DNA from: a virus
DNA: 64,000 bases
Direction: 5' to 3' (one strand)
Virus record (IMG/VR): IMGVR_UViG_3300044710_000064
Location: 5,060-69,059 of that record
The notes beneath the pieces were generated by a model. It did not search any database, was not told the DNA's origin, and saw nothing but the letters and a program-made list of their open reading frames with translations. Below, piece by piece: positions 17,679 to 26,053 of this stretch; positions within the stretch are counted from its first letter, which is position 1; the number at the start of each line of letters is the position of its first letter. The position numbers and the translations under genes are program-made.

Positions 17679-17851
17679 AACAACTCGCTCTATTAGCCGC
17701 TATAATGCTGTATGTGGCTACACCGCCCCACGCAGATAAAGAAGCGTTTGGAAGGTTTCGATACGTAGATGGGGTATTGATAGGTCTAGCTATTGGGCTA
17801 CCCGATCGCCGAATTGCAACCGACATGCCAGTGTATCCAGAGGCCAAGTAA
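17675..17851 (+). CDS. Small protein with hydrophobic N-terminus (58 aa)
   Basis: Manual translation MKQLALLAAIMLYVATPPHAD...PEAK; RBS from the repeat. Confidence 0.5.
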   Translation: MKQLALLAAIMLYVATPPHADKEAFGRFRYVDGVLIGLAIGLPDRRIATDMPVYPEAK

Positions 17852-17856
17852 AAGTT

Positions 17857-18444
17857 ATGGCTGACGATCCAAAGCAGAGAATTGCAGAACTAGAAGAAGC
17901 GCTGCACTGTCCGAATTGCGGCAAGGAAATCATGGAAGTCACCAAGAAGGTCCTGGACACTGTCTGCGAGGACTGCTATATGGGCGACTATCAGTCAATG
18001 CGTACCGAAATCGCCACACTCCGAGCGGCGGCGCGAGAACTAGAAGAAGCGCTACGGAGGGCCGAGGCGCGATTAGCAGAGATTGAGTCCGCGCTGATTT
18101 ACATAGACCAAGCTTTATTGCTAGATAGATTCGCGGCCCTTCGCGCAACTGCTCAGGTCTGTATCGATGGTAGCTATGCTTGCCGTCTCGGTACGCTGCG
18201 TACTGCATTCTCCAAAGCAAAACAGGCTGGAGGGGTATTCAAAGGTGCGGGAATATTGGAGGCGCGCGTGAAGGTACTCGAAGAGGCACTGAAAAAAGCG
18301 GCAATCTTAATTGAGACTGATCCAGATTGCACCGAGTGGCTATACGCCTGGCAGCGAAGACATATTTCTGAGAAAATACGCGTCCTCGCCCAGCCCATGG
18401 CACCACAGGAGGCGAGCGAGACGAAAGCGCCACGCCAGCCATAG
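17857..18444 (+). CDS. Coiled-coil scaffold protein, paralogue B (CPNC..CEDC insert)
   Basis: 39-bp identity with 16912-16950 around the start. Confidence 0.6.
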   Translation: MADDPKQRIAELEEALHCPNCGKEIMEVTKKVLDTVCEDCYMGDYQSMRTEIATLRAAARELEEALRRAEARLAEIESALIYIDQALLLDRFAALRATAQVCIDGSYACRLGTLRTAFSKAKQAGGVFKGAGILEARVKVLEEALKKAAILIETDPDCTEWLYAWQRRHISEKIRVLAQPMAPQEASETKAPRQP

Positions 18445-18459
18445 TTCCCGTCTCCCGCA

Positions 18460-19182
18460 ATGCCCGAACTCCTCGAAGGCAAGCCCTTCAATCCCTACGG
18501 ACGTTTCTATAACGCCTGGGTCCCAACACAACTTCTCCAATCAGTAGAAATCTCAGACGGTGCCAAGCTGGCCTACGGACTCCTTCGAAAGTTCGCCGGC
18601 AAAGACGGAGCCTGCTTTCCCCTTCAATCCACGCTCGCGCGAGAACTCGGCTGCAAAACCAGAACGGTCAACAAGTACATTAAGGAGCTCAAGGGTTCCA
18701 AGTTGATCGAAGTGAAGCGCCGCGGCCGTGGGCGCTCGCTCTCATACGTCTTCCTGTGGAAAAAGGAGTTGAATTCCGGTCAATTGTTTCTGCCTGGTAA
18801 GCAGGACGATGTAAGTCTGACACGCACAAACGTGCAAGACGTAAGCGGTTCAGGAAGCGGATCACTAAATTGGAACAGTAGTAGTAGGGCCTGTGGAAAT
18901 GTGGAAATCTCAGGCGATCACCCCTCGGGCGAGGCTATCGCAGAGAATCAGGAAGAGGAGGGAAGTTCAGAACGATCGGGGGAGTCACTACCAGAGGAAG
19001 TGCAGGTTAATCCGAGGCAGGGTAAAAACGGGGACGCTGCGGGGCCAAAGCTGGCGCGGGCTGGGTGGAATGTGGTAATGCTAGGGAATCAGACCCCTCA
19101 GGATACCGATGTCAAGGCTGGGCTAGAAATGCGAAATACGATAAAGGAGTTGGCTCAGATGAAAAAGATTACAAACCGATGA
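18460..19182 (+). CDS. Winged-helix (HTH_36-like) putative replication initiator
   Basis: ISDGAKLAYGLL..FAGKDGACFP.QSTLARELG...TVNKYIKEL...LI. Confidence 0.75.
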   Translation: MPELLEGKPFNPYGRFYNAWVPTQLLQSVEISDGAKLAYGLLRKFAGKDGACFPLQSTLARELGCKTRTVNKYIKELKGSKLIEVKRRGRGRSLSYVFLWKKELNSGQLFLPGKQDDVSLTRTNVQDVSGSGSGSLNWNSSSRACGNVEISGDHPSGEAIAENQEEEGSSERSGESLPEEVQVNPRQGKNGDAAGPKLARAGWNVVMLGNQTPQDTDVKAGLEMRNTIKELAQMKKITNR

Positions 19183-19400
19183 TGACCGGAGCGGACTGGG
19201 TGCTGTGGAAAGGCATTTGTGTTTTCTTGGCTGGTATTTTCAGCTTGTCCTACGGCTGGCTCCAAATGAGTTACGCGCGTGGCAATTTGCGGCGTGGTGG
19301 GTGGTTCGCTATTTGCGGAGCGATTCTGACTTTCTGCGGAACTCTGATGATTCTCTCGTGGGAGGGAAACCGCATCATGAATCTAAAAACCTTCCTCTGA
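19179..19400 (+). CDS. Small two-TM membrane protein
   Basis: Two hydrophobic segments; last gene of the early arm. Confidence 0.55.
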   Translation: MMTGADWVLWKGICVFLAGIFSLSYGWLQMSYARGNLRRGGWFAICGAILTFCGTLMILSWEGNRIMNLKTFL

Positions 19401-19416
19401 TTGGAACATATTTTCA

Positions 19417-19800
19417 TCATTCGACTCGATCTAGCTTCTCTTCGGCATGCGACGTAACCGTAGGCCCGATCGCCGTATTCGGCCAATACATCTTGTTCTG
19501 GAAGAAACTAGTTCCGCTGGCCGCGAGGATGTGAAATGACCGATAAGCCCAGATATACCATGGACTGCTCTCCTGGGTGGGCTCAGGCATGCCGGTCACG
19601 AGTGCCGAGAAAATGTACCATCCGACGAATATCCAGAACCAGACATCTTTGGTCATCCCGGTAGGGGTCAGATCAATGGCCGGTGCCGTCACTGGAATGT
19701 TGACCTTTTCCTGGGCCAGCATCACCACGGCGAGAACTGCGCTGAGCATAAGTGCTCTTACGCTGCCTAGCTTTATCAAAGCCTTTACATGATTGGCCAT
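19417..19800 (-). CDS. Membrane protein (signal-like N-terminus plus TM), holin-region candidate
   Basis: LMLSAVLAVVMLA-Q; WFWIFVGWYIFSALVTGMPEP..WYIWAYR. Confidence 0.6.
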   Translation of the reverse strand: MANHVKALIKLGSVRALMLSAVLAVVMLAQEKVNIPVTAPAIDLTPTGMTKDVWFWIFVGWYIFSALVTGMPEPTQESSPWYIWAYRSFHILAASGTSFFQNKMYWPNTAIGPTVTSHAEEKLDRVE

Positions 19801-19843
19801 TGGGTTCGCTCGTTCTCTTTTCGGGATATCGGGATTCGGACAG

Positions 19844-20221
19844 CTACCGCTTGGTTTTTGGCTTGGGGCCACGTAGGGTCGCCGCGCTGATCTGATCATC
19901 CGTGGGAGCCAGGCCCGTCGCTTCCTGGACCAACTGTTTGAGTTTCACTATTATATCGAGCGCTTCACTCAGACGCCCGTCCACGCGCTGGTAGATTTCC
20001 TTCTGTCCAGCGTCAAGCGCCTCGAGCCTCTCCGTAACCCGCGATCCAGACTCGAGCAGCGCTGTGCGAACGTCTTCAGCCTTGGTCGCGACCTGCTCAA
20101 CCTGCTTCGCCACCTCTTCGGCCGCTTGCCTCGCAAACCGCCGTGTTACGGTTGCGGTGACAATTGGCCCAATGAGCGCCACGCCTCCGGTGATGAAGGC
20201 AACTGTGATGAGATCGCTCAT
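19844..20221 (-). CDS. N-terminal TM plus coiled-coil protein (holin-region type)
   Basis: ITVAFITGGVALIGPIVTA then coiled coil; VDGRLSE motif. Confidence 0.65.
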   Translation of the reverse strand: MSDLITVAFITGGVALIGPIVTATVTRRFARQAAEEVAKQVEQVATKAEDVRTALLESGSRVTERLEALDAGQKEIYQRVDGRLSEALDIIVKLKQLVQEATGLAPTDDQISAATLRGPKPKTKR

Positions 20222-20514
20222 TAGGTTGGGGAATCCTTCGGGGTAGCTTCAGTCTTGGGAGCTTCCTGGTGAAGTGTCGCACTGACATCAAGGCTCGACT
20301 TGTCTGAGATCGGCAAGCTTGGCGGAGTGTCCTTTGGCTTCAGGCGCGTGAAGAAGGAACCGGCGAAACCAGTCACCAGGCCTGAGAGCACAGTGAAAAG
20401 AGCCGCATCGTCCTTAAACCAGATCTTCGCCGCGAACAAGGCGCCGGTGAAGAACACCATGCCTGCGAGCAGCAGCAGGAGGACGCGGTCAAGCTTTTCA
20501 GCGTGGTCATCCAT
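20221..20514 (-). CDS. Two-TM membrane protein, holin candidate
   Basis: Two TMs, GFAGSFF, charged tail. Confidence 0.55.
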   Translation of the reverse strand: MDDHAEKLDRVLLLLLAGMVFFTGALFAAKIWFKDDAALFTVLSGLVTGFAGSFFTRLKPKDTPPSLPISDKSSLDVSATLHQEAPKTEATPKDSPT

Positions 20515-20517
20515 CGT

Positions 20518-20724
20518 TTACGGTCCTCTGTGCCATAACGGGGCCGACAAACCCGGTCCCAGCAAGCCCACTAAACTGAGAAGCCAGAGGATCGCTCCCA
20601 GGGCCAGCACGACGATAATGATCGTGCGAAACGGCTCCACGACGTGAGGCAGGACATATCGGCTAAATAGCCACCAGGCCAGTGCCAACACCAGCAGCAC
20701 AACCACGATCTGAATAATGCTCAT
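20518..20724 (-). CDS. Small two-TM membrane protein
   Basis: IIQIVVVLLVLALAWWL...PFRTIIIVVLALGAILWLL. Confidence 0.65.
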   Translation of the reverse strand: MSIIQIVVVLLVLALAWWLFSRYVLPHVVEPFRTIIIVVLALGAILWLLSLVGLLGPGLSAPLWHRGP

Positions 20725-20726
20725 TT

Positions 20727-20975
20727 TTAAATCTCCTCTGTCTTTGACTTTGGCAACTTATTCATCTTCCTCAAAAAGTAATCCCGCGTCAGTTCTACTG
20801 CCGAGCGAACGTGTCGCTTTAAATATAAATTCTCGATGTGAGCTTCCACTGTATTAACTGCGATGCCGAGTATCACGGCTATCTCTTTTCGAGCCTTGCC
20901 CATCACCATCAACCCCTCTATTTCGAGCTCTCGCGGCGTCAAAACTTCAACATAACCACATCGAGGGCATTTCAT
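20727..20975 (-). CDS. LuxR-family HTH regulator
   Basis: LTPRELEI..LMVMG...KEIAVILGIAVNTVEAHIENLYLK. Confidence 0.88.
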   Translation of the reverse strand: MKCPRCGYVEVLTPRELEIEGLMVMGKARKEIAVILGIAVNTVEAHIENLYLKRHVRSAVELTRDYFLRKMNKLPKSKTEEI

Positions 20976-21036
20976 GATCTCTGAAAGTTGACAGTTTGGA
21001 CCTCCACTTTTGGTTATTCGCGGAGGTCCGGCCTGC

Positions 21037-21378
21037 TCACTGCGCCTTTACTGTTAACCCTGTCGGCGCGGTAGTGGTAGTAGGAATGACTGCCGTAACC
21101 TGATTCGAGTAGCCACTTTCCTCAGCGCCGACGAGCGCTGTCACCACGTAATAATAAGTGGTCGCCGCTGAGACCGTCGAATCTACGTACGTTGTCGAAG
21201 GTGAAAGCGGAGTCGTGGTGATGAGCGTGTAGGGACCGCCCGAAACCGCGGCTCGATACACGTTGTTGCCGGTGATCCCCGGCGTGACGGATTGCGTCCA
21301 ATTAAGCGTGGCTTCGTGCTGCGTCTGGGCGAAAGTCACAGAGCAGAAAAGTGCAAGAGCGAGAAGTACTTTGGTCAT
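21037..21378 (-). CDS. Secreted fibronectin type III domain protein
   Basis: Signal peptide VTFA-Q; LNW...GNNVYR...GGPY..YVD.TV...TYYYVVTA...ESGYSNQV. Confidence 0.85.
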   Translation of the reverse strand: MTKVLLALALFCSVTFAQTQHEATLNWTQSVTPGITGNNVYRAAVSGGPYTLITTTPLSPSTTYVDSTVSAATTYYYVVTALVGAEESGYSNQVTAVIPTTTTAPTGLTVKAQ

Positions 21379-21642
21379 TTATTTATCCTTTGCTGTCGCG
21401 GATGCGACGTTCGAACAATCGGTTTGGTCCGCCCCGGCGCAGACCTTATAGCTATAGACATCGCCGACTTTGAAGATAGTCGCGTCGTCTGTGTAGGTTT
21501 CAGCACTCAATTGAACGTTGGCTATTTTTGACCACGTTCCTTTCGGCCCCTCACGCCAGATATGGCCTATGGCAGTTTCGCTGCCAGACCATTGCCAGGC
21601 GAGCAGGAACGAGAAAAGCAAACCGGCGATTTTCTGTTTCAT
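21379..21642 (-). CDS. Secreted Fn3-like small protein
   Basis: Hydrophobic N-terminus; YTDD..YSYKVCA..CSNVASA. Confidence 0.65.
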   Translation of the reverse strand: MKQKIAGLLFSFLLAWQWSGSETAIGHIWREGPKGTWSKIANVQLSAETYTDDATIFKVGDVYSYKVCAGADQTDCSNVASATAKDK

Positions 21643-21827
21643 GTCTTCTGTTCTCCTTTCGATGTTGCGATGCTGACTTGCCAGCTATGCCCCGGCCCGA
21701 GAGCCTGACGGTAATCCTCGCCGTGGTTACCGCGCGCGTATCTAGGGAACCTAGATAGAAATCGCTCCGTCAGCAAACGCACCTGCTTTTCCAGACTGAG
21801 AATTCGCAACTCGCGCGATTCGGGCAA
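21639..21827 (-). CDS. Hypothetical protein
   Basis: TTG start; ATGA overlap with next gene. Confidence 0.4.
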   Translation of the reverse strand: MPESRELRILSLEKQVRLLTERFLSRFPRYARGNHGEDYRQALGPGHSWQVSIATSKGEQKT

Positions 21828-21844
21828 TTGATTTGTGGAGAACT

Positions 21845-23602
21845 TCAGACCGAATAGTTTCCGGTTCCTGATCCCAGGCTTTGGGTGAGACCTAATCCGA
21901 TATCAAGACCGCTGGTGTTTTTGGGTGATGCGAAGAAAAGCCAACTTCCAACGGCAGCCCCGGTATTGAGCAAGAAGGGACCTTGAAAAGAAACTATCCA
22001 GCCGTAAGGCGGATTCGGATCCAAGAACAGCGCGAACAGACTCGCCTTCAATGGCGGTCGATAACTCGAAAAGCTGTAAAGCGTCTGCGTTAAAGTTGCG
22101 AAGATCCTCGGCGGCGTCCAGTTGCCAGGCCCAAGACGTTGCGAGCGCCATATGACAGCGACCGAGGAAAGATACGGATCATTGACGCCGAACCAAAACA
22201 AATTCAACAAACCGGTGACCGGGTCCACGGCAAGGTTCATCGTGTAATCTTGCATGCCGATGGAACTTGCAATCAAGAACGAACCTACGAAGTCGTCCAT
22301 GCTCCCCACTGCAACTTGGTTCGTTGCATCGCCCACGTATTCTCTTGAGTAGGAGCCGCCTGAGATTATGTCCACAGCTGCGTAGCGGCCCGACGTTTTA
22401 ACGGGCATAGCGCAACCGGCTGACGGACTAGAAAAACACGAGGGCGGTCCGCCGAAACACGCGTTATATCTGAAAGGAGAATACTCAGGACTTCCCGAAG
22501 TGGCCGTTTGCAGTATCGGAGTTCCGATCCCGTTGTTGTATGCAAAGCCGTCATCGACAATGCCGAAGGTACCCGTGTCGGGTCCAGCCACGATACTGCA
22601 ATCCCGGTACATAAACGTCGGAGATGTACCGCTAGGTATGCCGAAATTTAAGTACGGATCGTTGGGGGATGGCCCATTCGCGCTGGGTCCGTCGCCAGCG
22701 TACGTAACAACCCCGCCAACGATCTTCTTTCCCCAGATTAAAAAATATACGAGCAGCGGGCTCGACGTGAAGCAGTACACGTTGCCGAGAGAATCTGAAG
22801 CTATACCGTCTGGAATTCCAGGTTGATAGTACATCGTGCCGTCGGTCGCCGCCTTGACGCCGAAAATTCCGTCGATGTACGTGCTTCCCATGTTCGTGGC
22901 TGTTCCCATCGACGGCCTCAAAAGCGTGGTGGCTGAACCGACGCCGGAGACGTTGTTCCAATATCCGGCCTGCTCTTCGTAATGGTCAACAGTGCTTCCG
23001 TCTATCCACAACACACCTCTGATGTTGTATCCCATCAAAGCGTGAACGGTGTTGTCATCGGTCGCCGTCATGAAGATTCTCGCAAACCCGCCGATGCATT
23101 CTCTTCCGTCGCCAGCGACCTTCGGGAAGACCGGCCAATGGACGCCGCCGCTGAGATTCAAAACGGTGTGAGTCGCGCCCGTCGCAGCCGTGTAATCCCA
23201 GCGCTTCGTGGAAAAGTTGAATCTGGACAGCGACAGGCCATATGCATAAGCAGTATCCCCGCCCCCACCGTGCGAAGGTGGCGGATAAGACATCCCGGAC
23301 AACACCGTTTTACTAGATGCCCAGAGCACGTAGGCGTAGTTTCGAGACGGTGTCAGGCAAGCCCCGTAGTTTCCGATGATGTCTGAAACGCTGTTGTCGG
23401 AACGCGGCCTGTTTGGGTTGGAGGTTAGATCCGCCACCGTCCAGTTGATTCCGTCAAGGCTCGTTCGCATCGACGGAAATCCGCCGCCGCTGACAGTTGG
23501 ACCAAACGCCCAGAACTGACCATTAATCTTCCAGACGCCTTGGACCGTTGGCATCGCATCCGGAGGTGGGCCCGAGGGCGTCGAGTAAATATAGCTCGGC
23601 AA
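21845..23602 (-). CDS. Beta-rich putative tail/receptor-binding protein
   Basis: 585 aa, G/S/T/Y rich; Asp-box-like SLDGINW; tail-distal position. Confidence 0.55.
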   Translation of the reverse strand: MPSYIYSTPSGPPPDAMPTVQGVWKINGQFWAFGPTVSGGGFPSMRTSLDGINWTVADLTSNPNRPRSDNSVSDIIGNYGACLTPSRNYAYVLWASSKTVLSGMSYPPPSHGGGGDTAYAYGLSLSRFNFSTKRWDYTAATGATHTVLNLSGGVHWPVFPKVAGDGRECIGGFARIFMTATDDNTVHALMGYNIRGVLWIDGSTVDHYEEQAGYWNNVSGVGSATTLLRPSMGTATNMGSTYIDGIFGVKAATDGTMYYQPGIPDGIASDSLGNVYCFTSSPLLVYFLIWGKKIVGGVVTYAGDGPSANGPSPNDPYLNFGIPSGTSPTFMYRDCSIVAGPDTGTFGIVDDGFAYNNGIGTPILQTATSGSPEYSPFRYNACFGGPPSCFSSPSAGCAMPVKTSGRYAAVDIISGGSYSREYVGDATNQVAVGSMDDFVGSFLIASSIGMQDYTMNLAVDPVTGLLNLFWFGVNDPYLSSVAVIWRSQRLGPGNWTPPRIFATLTQTLYSFSSYRPPLKASLFALFLDPNPPYGWIVSFQGPFLLNTGAAVGSWLFFASPKNTSGLDIGLGLTQSLGSGTGNYSV

Positions 23603-23604
23603 GG

Positions 23605-24189
23605 TTAGTCCTGCGAAATAACAACCCGCACTTGAACATCACCCGTTGAGGCAAATGTTGGAGTCCCGCGTGCAATGAGAATTCCATAAAGCGTCGTCCC
23701 GGTCGCCAGCACAAATCTGAGATCGAGAAGGCCCTGTCCCAAACCTCCTCCCGAATTCGCGCCGGTCCAGGCGTTGACGGACACGAAGCCGATGGATCGC
23801 ACACGATCCGCCGCGTTCAGAGCGAGGAGGGTCTTGTCCGTGACAGTAGTCGCCGTAGGATCGGAATCAAAGAACCACACGTCGAATTGGGTCTGGTTGT
23901 TTGAAGCATCGGTAATCAGAACCGAATTGATAATGCCGCCGGTTTTTGCCGTTACTCCATCGGGTACTGTCCGGATCGCACCCGCGAATGTCAGAAGCCC
24001 TCCGACGCAATTCCCAGAAGCATAAGCTGAGCTCGCCGTGACGGTCTGAACCTGAGACAGACAGACCTTGAGCTGGCTTGTGTTCGCGACGTCATCAACG
24101 ATGTGGTGTGGGTAGGTATTTCCACCGATGATGCTGACCCACAGCGGCACAATGGTGCCGGTGCCGTCGCGAACCTGTAAGATGGACAC
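23605..24189 (-). CDS. Putative virion fibre-associated beta-sandwich protein
   Basis: AYASGNCVGGLLTF...GGIINSV...TLYGILIARGTPT. Confidence 0.6.
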   Translation of the reverse strand: MSILQVRDGTGTIVPLWVSIIGGNTYPHHIVDDVANTSQLKVCLSQVQTVTASSAYASGNCVGGLLTFAGAIRTVPDGVTAKTGGIINSVLITDASNNQTQFDVWFFDSDPTATTVTDKTLLALNAADRVRSIGFVSVNAWTGANSGGGLGQGLLDLRFVLATGTTLYGILIARGTPTFASTGDVQVRVVISQD

Positions 24190-24204
24190 TGAAGTTTTCC
24201 TTTT

Positions 24205-26049
24205 CTAGTGCTGATACCAGGACAGAAGGGTTACTGCGGGAGCGAGACTTGACTGATTGGCATCGCATGCAAAGCCGACCTGGTTAGGTGAAGCGAGGTA
24301 GTCTGTTCGAGAAATGCTGAATACCTGATAGAAATTCTGCCCATCTGCCGAACCGTAGAACTTGAAGTTTGTTCCGTCATCTTTGACCTGCATCCAGGCG
24401 AGAGAACTTGGAGGGAAATCGTATTGAGAAGTCAAAGAATAACTGGCGCTGAAAGAAGTCGCGCTCGCGTACTTCGCGACGTTCAAGCTGTTGTAGCCGG
24501 TGTTCGACGACAAATAGAACACCACCATCTTACCCGTCCCTGAATCCCGGAAGACCAGCGAAGCCGTTGGAGTATGAGCGCTGCCAGTAGGTGAAAGTTG
24601 GGGAAGTAAAGCAACGGTAATGAAGTAAGGAGTCGAGGGAGCGGTGATTACCCGCGCGTTGATGTCTACCCCGGAGTTCGATTCGCACTGAAGGAATATC
24701 CCGCCGTTCGAAGTGCTCATTGAGGCCGCGTTCTGATTCACCCAGGACCAACTCGGAGTTGTCGGATCGACCATTGGAAAGACGGGACCCCAGGGGACCC
24801 AGACATTACTTGCGCAGCGGAAAACGTAAAAGCTGTTGGTCGGAAACTCAAGATCGCCGTTAGTGCAGGTTCCGGGATAAGAGCCTGACGCGTTTGAGTT
24901 CGTGACGTTGCCGCCGGCAAGACCTGAAGGCACTGCGCCATACTGCACGGTGATTGTGACGTTTGGAGTTCCGACGCTGCCGGTTGTCACAACTTGGTAA
25001 TCTACAAGGTCACCTTGCGCAGCCGTCGCGGTGTGGGTGACGTCGTCGCAGGTTGTGGCAGATGCACCCGACACAGTACAAGTGAGAGATGTGCTCGAAC
25101 CGGCGTCGCGAAACGTCACGGCGACTGAGTTCCCACCACCTGGTGCCGCGCTGAGTTTGACGTACATCGCGCCGATCGTTGCAGCCGTAGGACTCGGAGC
25201 ACTGACGGTAGCCTCAGTTGAGTTCGGAGCGGCATTCCCAAAGATCGGCGCATATTGAGTTCCCGAGAGAGTCGGCGCCGCGGCGTAGTAAGAAGCCACC
25301 CCACCGGAACCTGCGGCGTAAGTCAGCGCGCCAGTGCTATTGACGCCCGTGGCGAACTGACCAGGACCCGCAGTCGAAGGCTGCACGTCGCGTGCCGCGC
25401 CGTCGTCTGACGTGCAGGAAAGTCCACGAATCGTCACTCCATCCGAGGCGACTTCGAACTCCTGCGTTGTTCTGACGTTCAACGTGGGCGAAACTACACA
25501 TATGTGGGTAACGCTGCCACCTGCGACAGTGTAGCCCGTGACTGCTCTTCCTCCCGTACCGTCCTGAAGGAAGGTTAAAGAGAAGTGCTGCCCGGCTTGA
25601 GGGTGCGTGAAGGTGACGCTCGTTACGTTAGCCGTCATCGCGGCCATCTCGCAGCGGTTGCAGGTTGACAAGTCAAACGTCGGAGTAGCGCTGAAACTCA
25701 TCGGCGCGGGCGCCGGACCGGCGAAACTCTTCGACGCACTGAGTTGCCCCGTCGAGCCATTTTGGATCAGGTTAGAATTCCCGATCGCGCTCGAACCGGT
25801 CCACAGCGAGAAGGTATTGGCCGCACCGCTTCCCGTCACACCGCTGATAGAGGTAAAGGGATTCTCAACAATCCCCGCGATGCAGATTCGGTATGTCCCA
25901 TCCGTGATGAGATAGACGTTCCCGGTGCCCGAGCAAGAGCCGGGAGCGCTCGCCTGAGGGGGCCCGGCGGTATGCCAATTAGGATCTCCGCGGCCTTGCG
26001 AAAACACACTTGGAGAAATCAGGACCAGCAATAGCGCAAGTTTTTTCAT
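24205..26049 (-). CDS. Fibre-like protein with Sec signal peptide
   Basis: MKKLALLLVLISPSVFS-Q; QDGTGGR fibre motif; 12 Cys; lectin-like C-terminus (SADGQNF). Confidence 0.7.
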   Translation of the reverse strand: MKKLALLLVLISPSVFSQGRGDPNWHTAGPPQASAPGSCSGTGNVYLITDGTYRICIAGIVENPFTSISGVTGSGAANTFSLWTGSSAIGNSNLIQNGSTGQLSASKSFAGPAPAPMSFSATPTFDLSTCNRCEMAAMTANVTSVTFTHPQAGQHFSLTFLQDGTGGRAVTGYTVAGGSVTHICVVSPTLNVRTTQEFEVASDGVTIRGLSCTSDDGAARDVQPSTAGPGQFATGVNSTGALTYAAGSGGVASYYAAAPTLSGTQYAPIFGNAAPNSTEATVSAPSPTAATIGAMYVKLSAAPGGGNSVAVTFRDAGSSTSLTCTVSGASATTCDDVTHTATAAQGDLVDYQVVTTGSVGTPNVTITVQYGAVPSGLAGGNVTNSNASGSYPGTCTNGDLEFPTNSFYVFRCASNVWVPWGPVFPMVDPTTPSWSWVNQNAASMSTSNGGIFLQCESNSGVDINARVITAPSTPYFITVALLPQLSPTGSAHTPTASLVFRDSGTGKMVVFYLSSNTGYNSLNVAKYASATSFSASYSLTSQYDFPPSSLAWMQVKDDGTNFKFYGSADGQNFYQVFSISRTDYLASPNQVGFACDANQSSLAPAVTLLSWYQH

Positions 26050-26053
26050 CGGA

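Noticed and set aside
20998-21029. Hairpin GGACCTCC/GGAGGTCC upstream of the LuxR gene as a terminator
   Set aside because: Long loop and no adjacent U-tract; may be a processing or operator site, but this is unsupported
21826-21837. 12-bp AATTGATTTGTG shared with 45032-45043 upstream of the capsid gene
   Set aside because: Only two copies; may be A-rich translation-initiation sequence, too weak to call an antiterminator site
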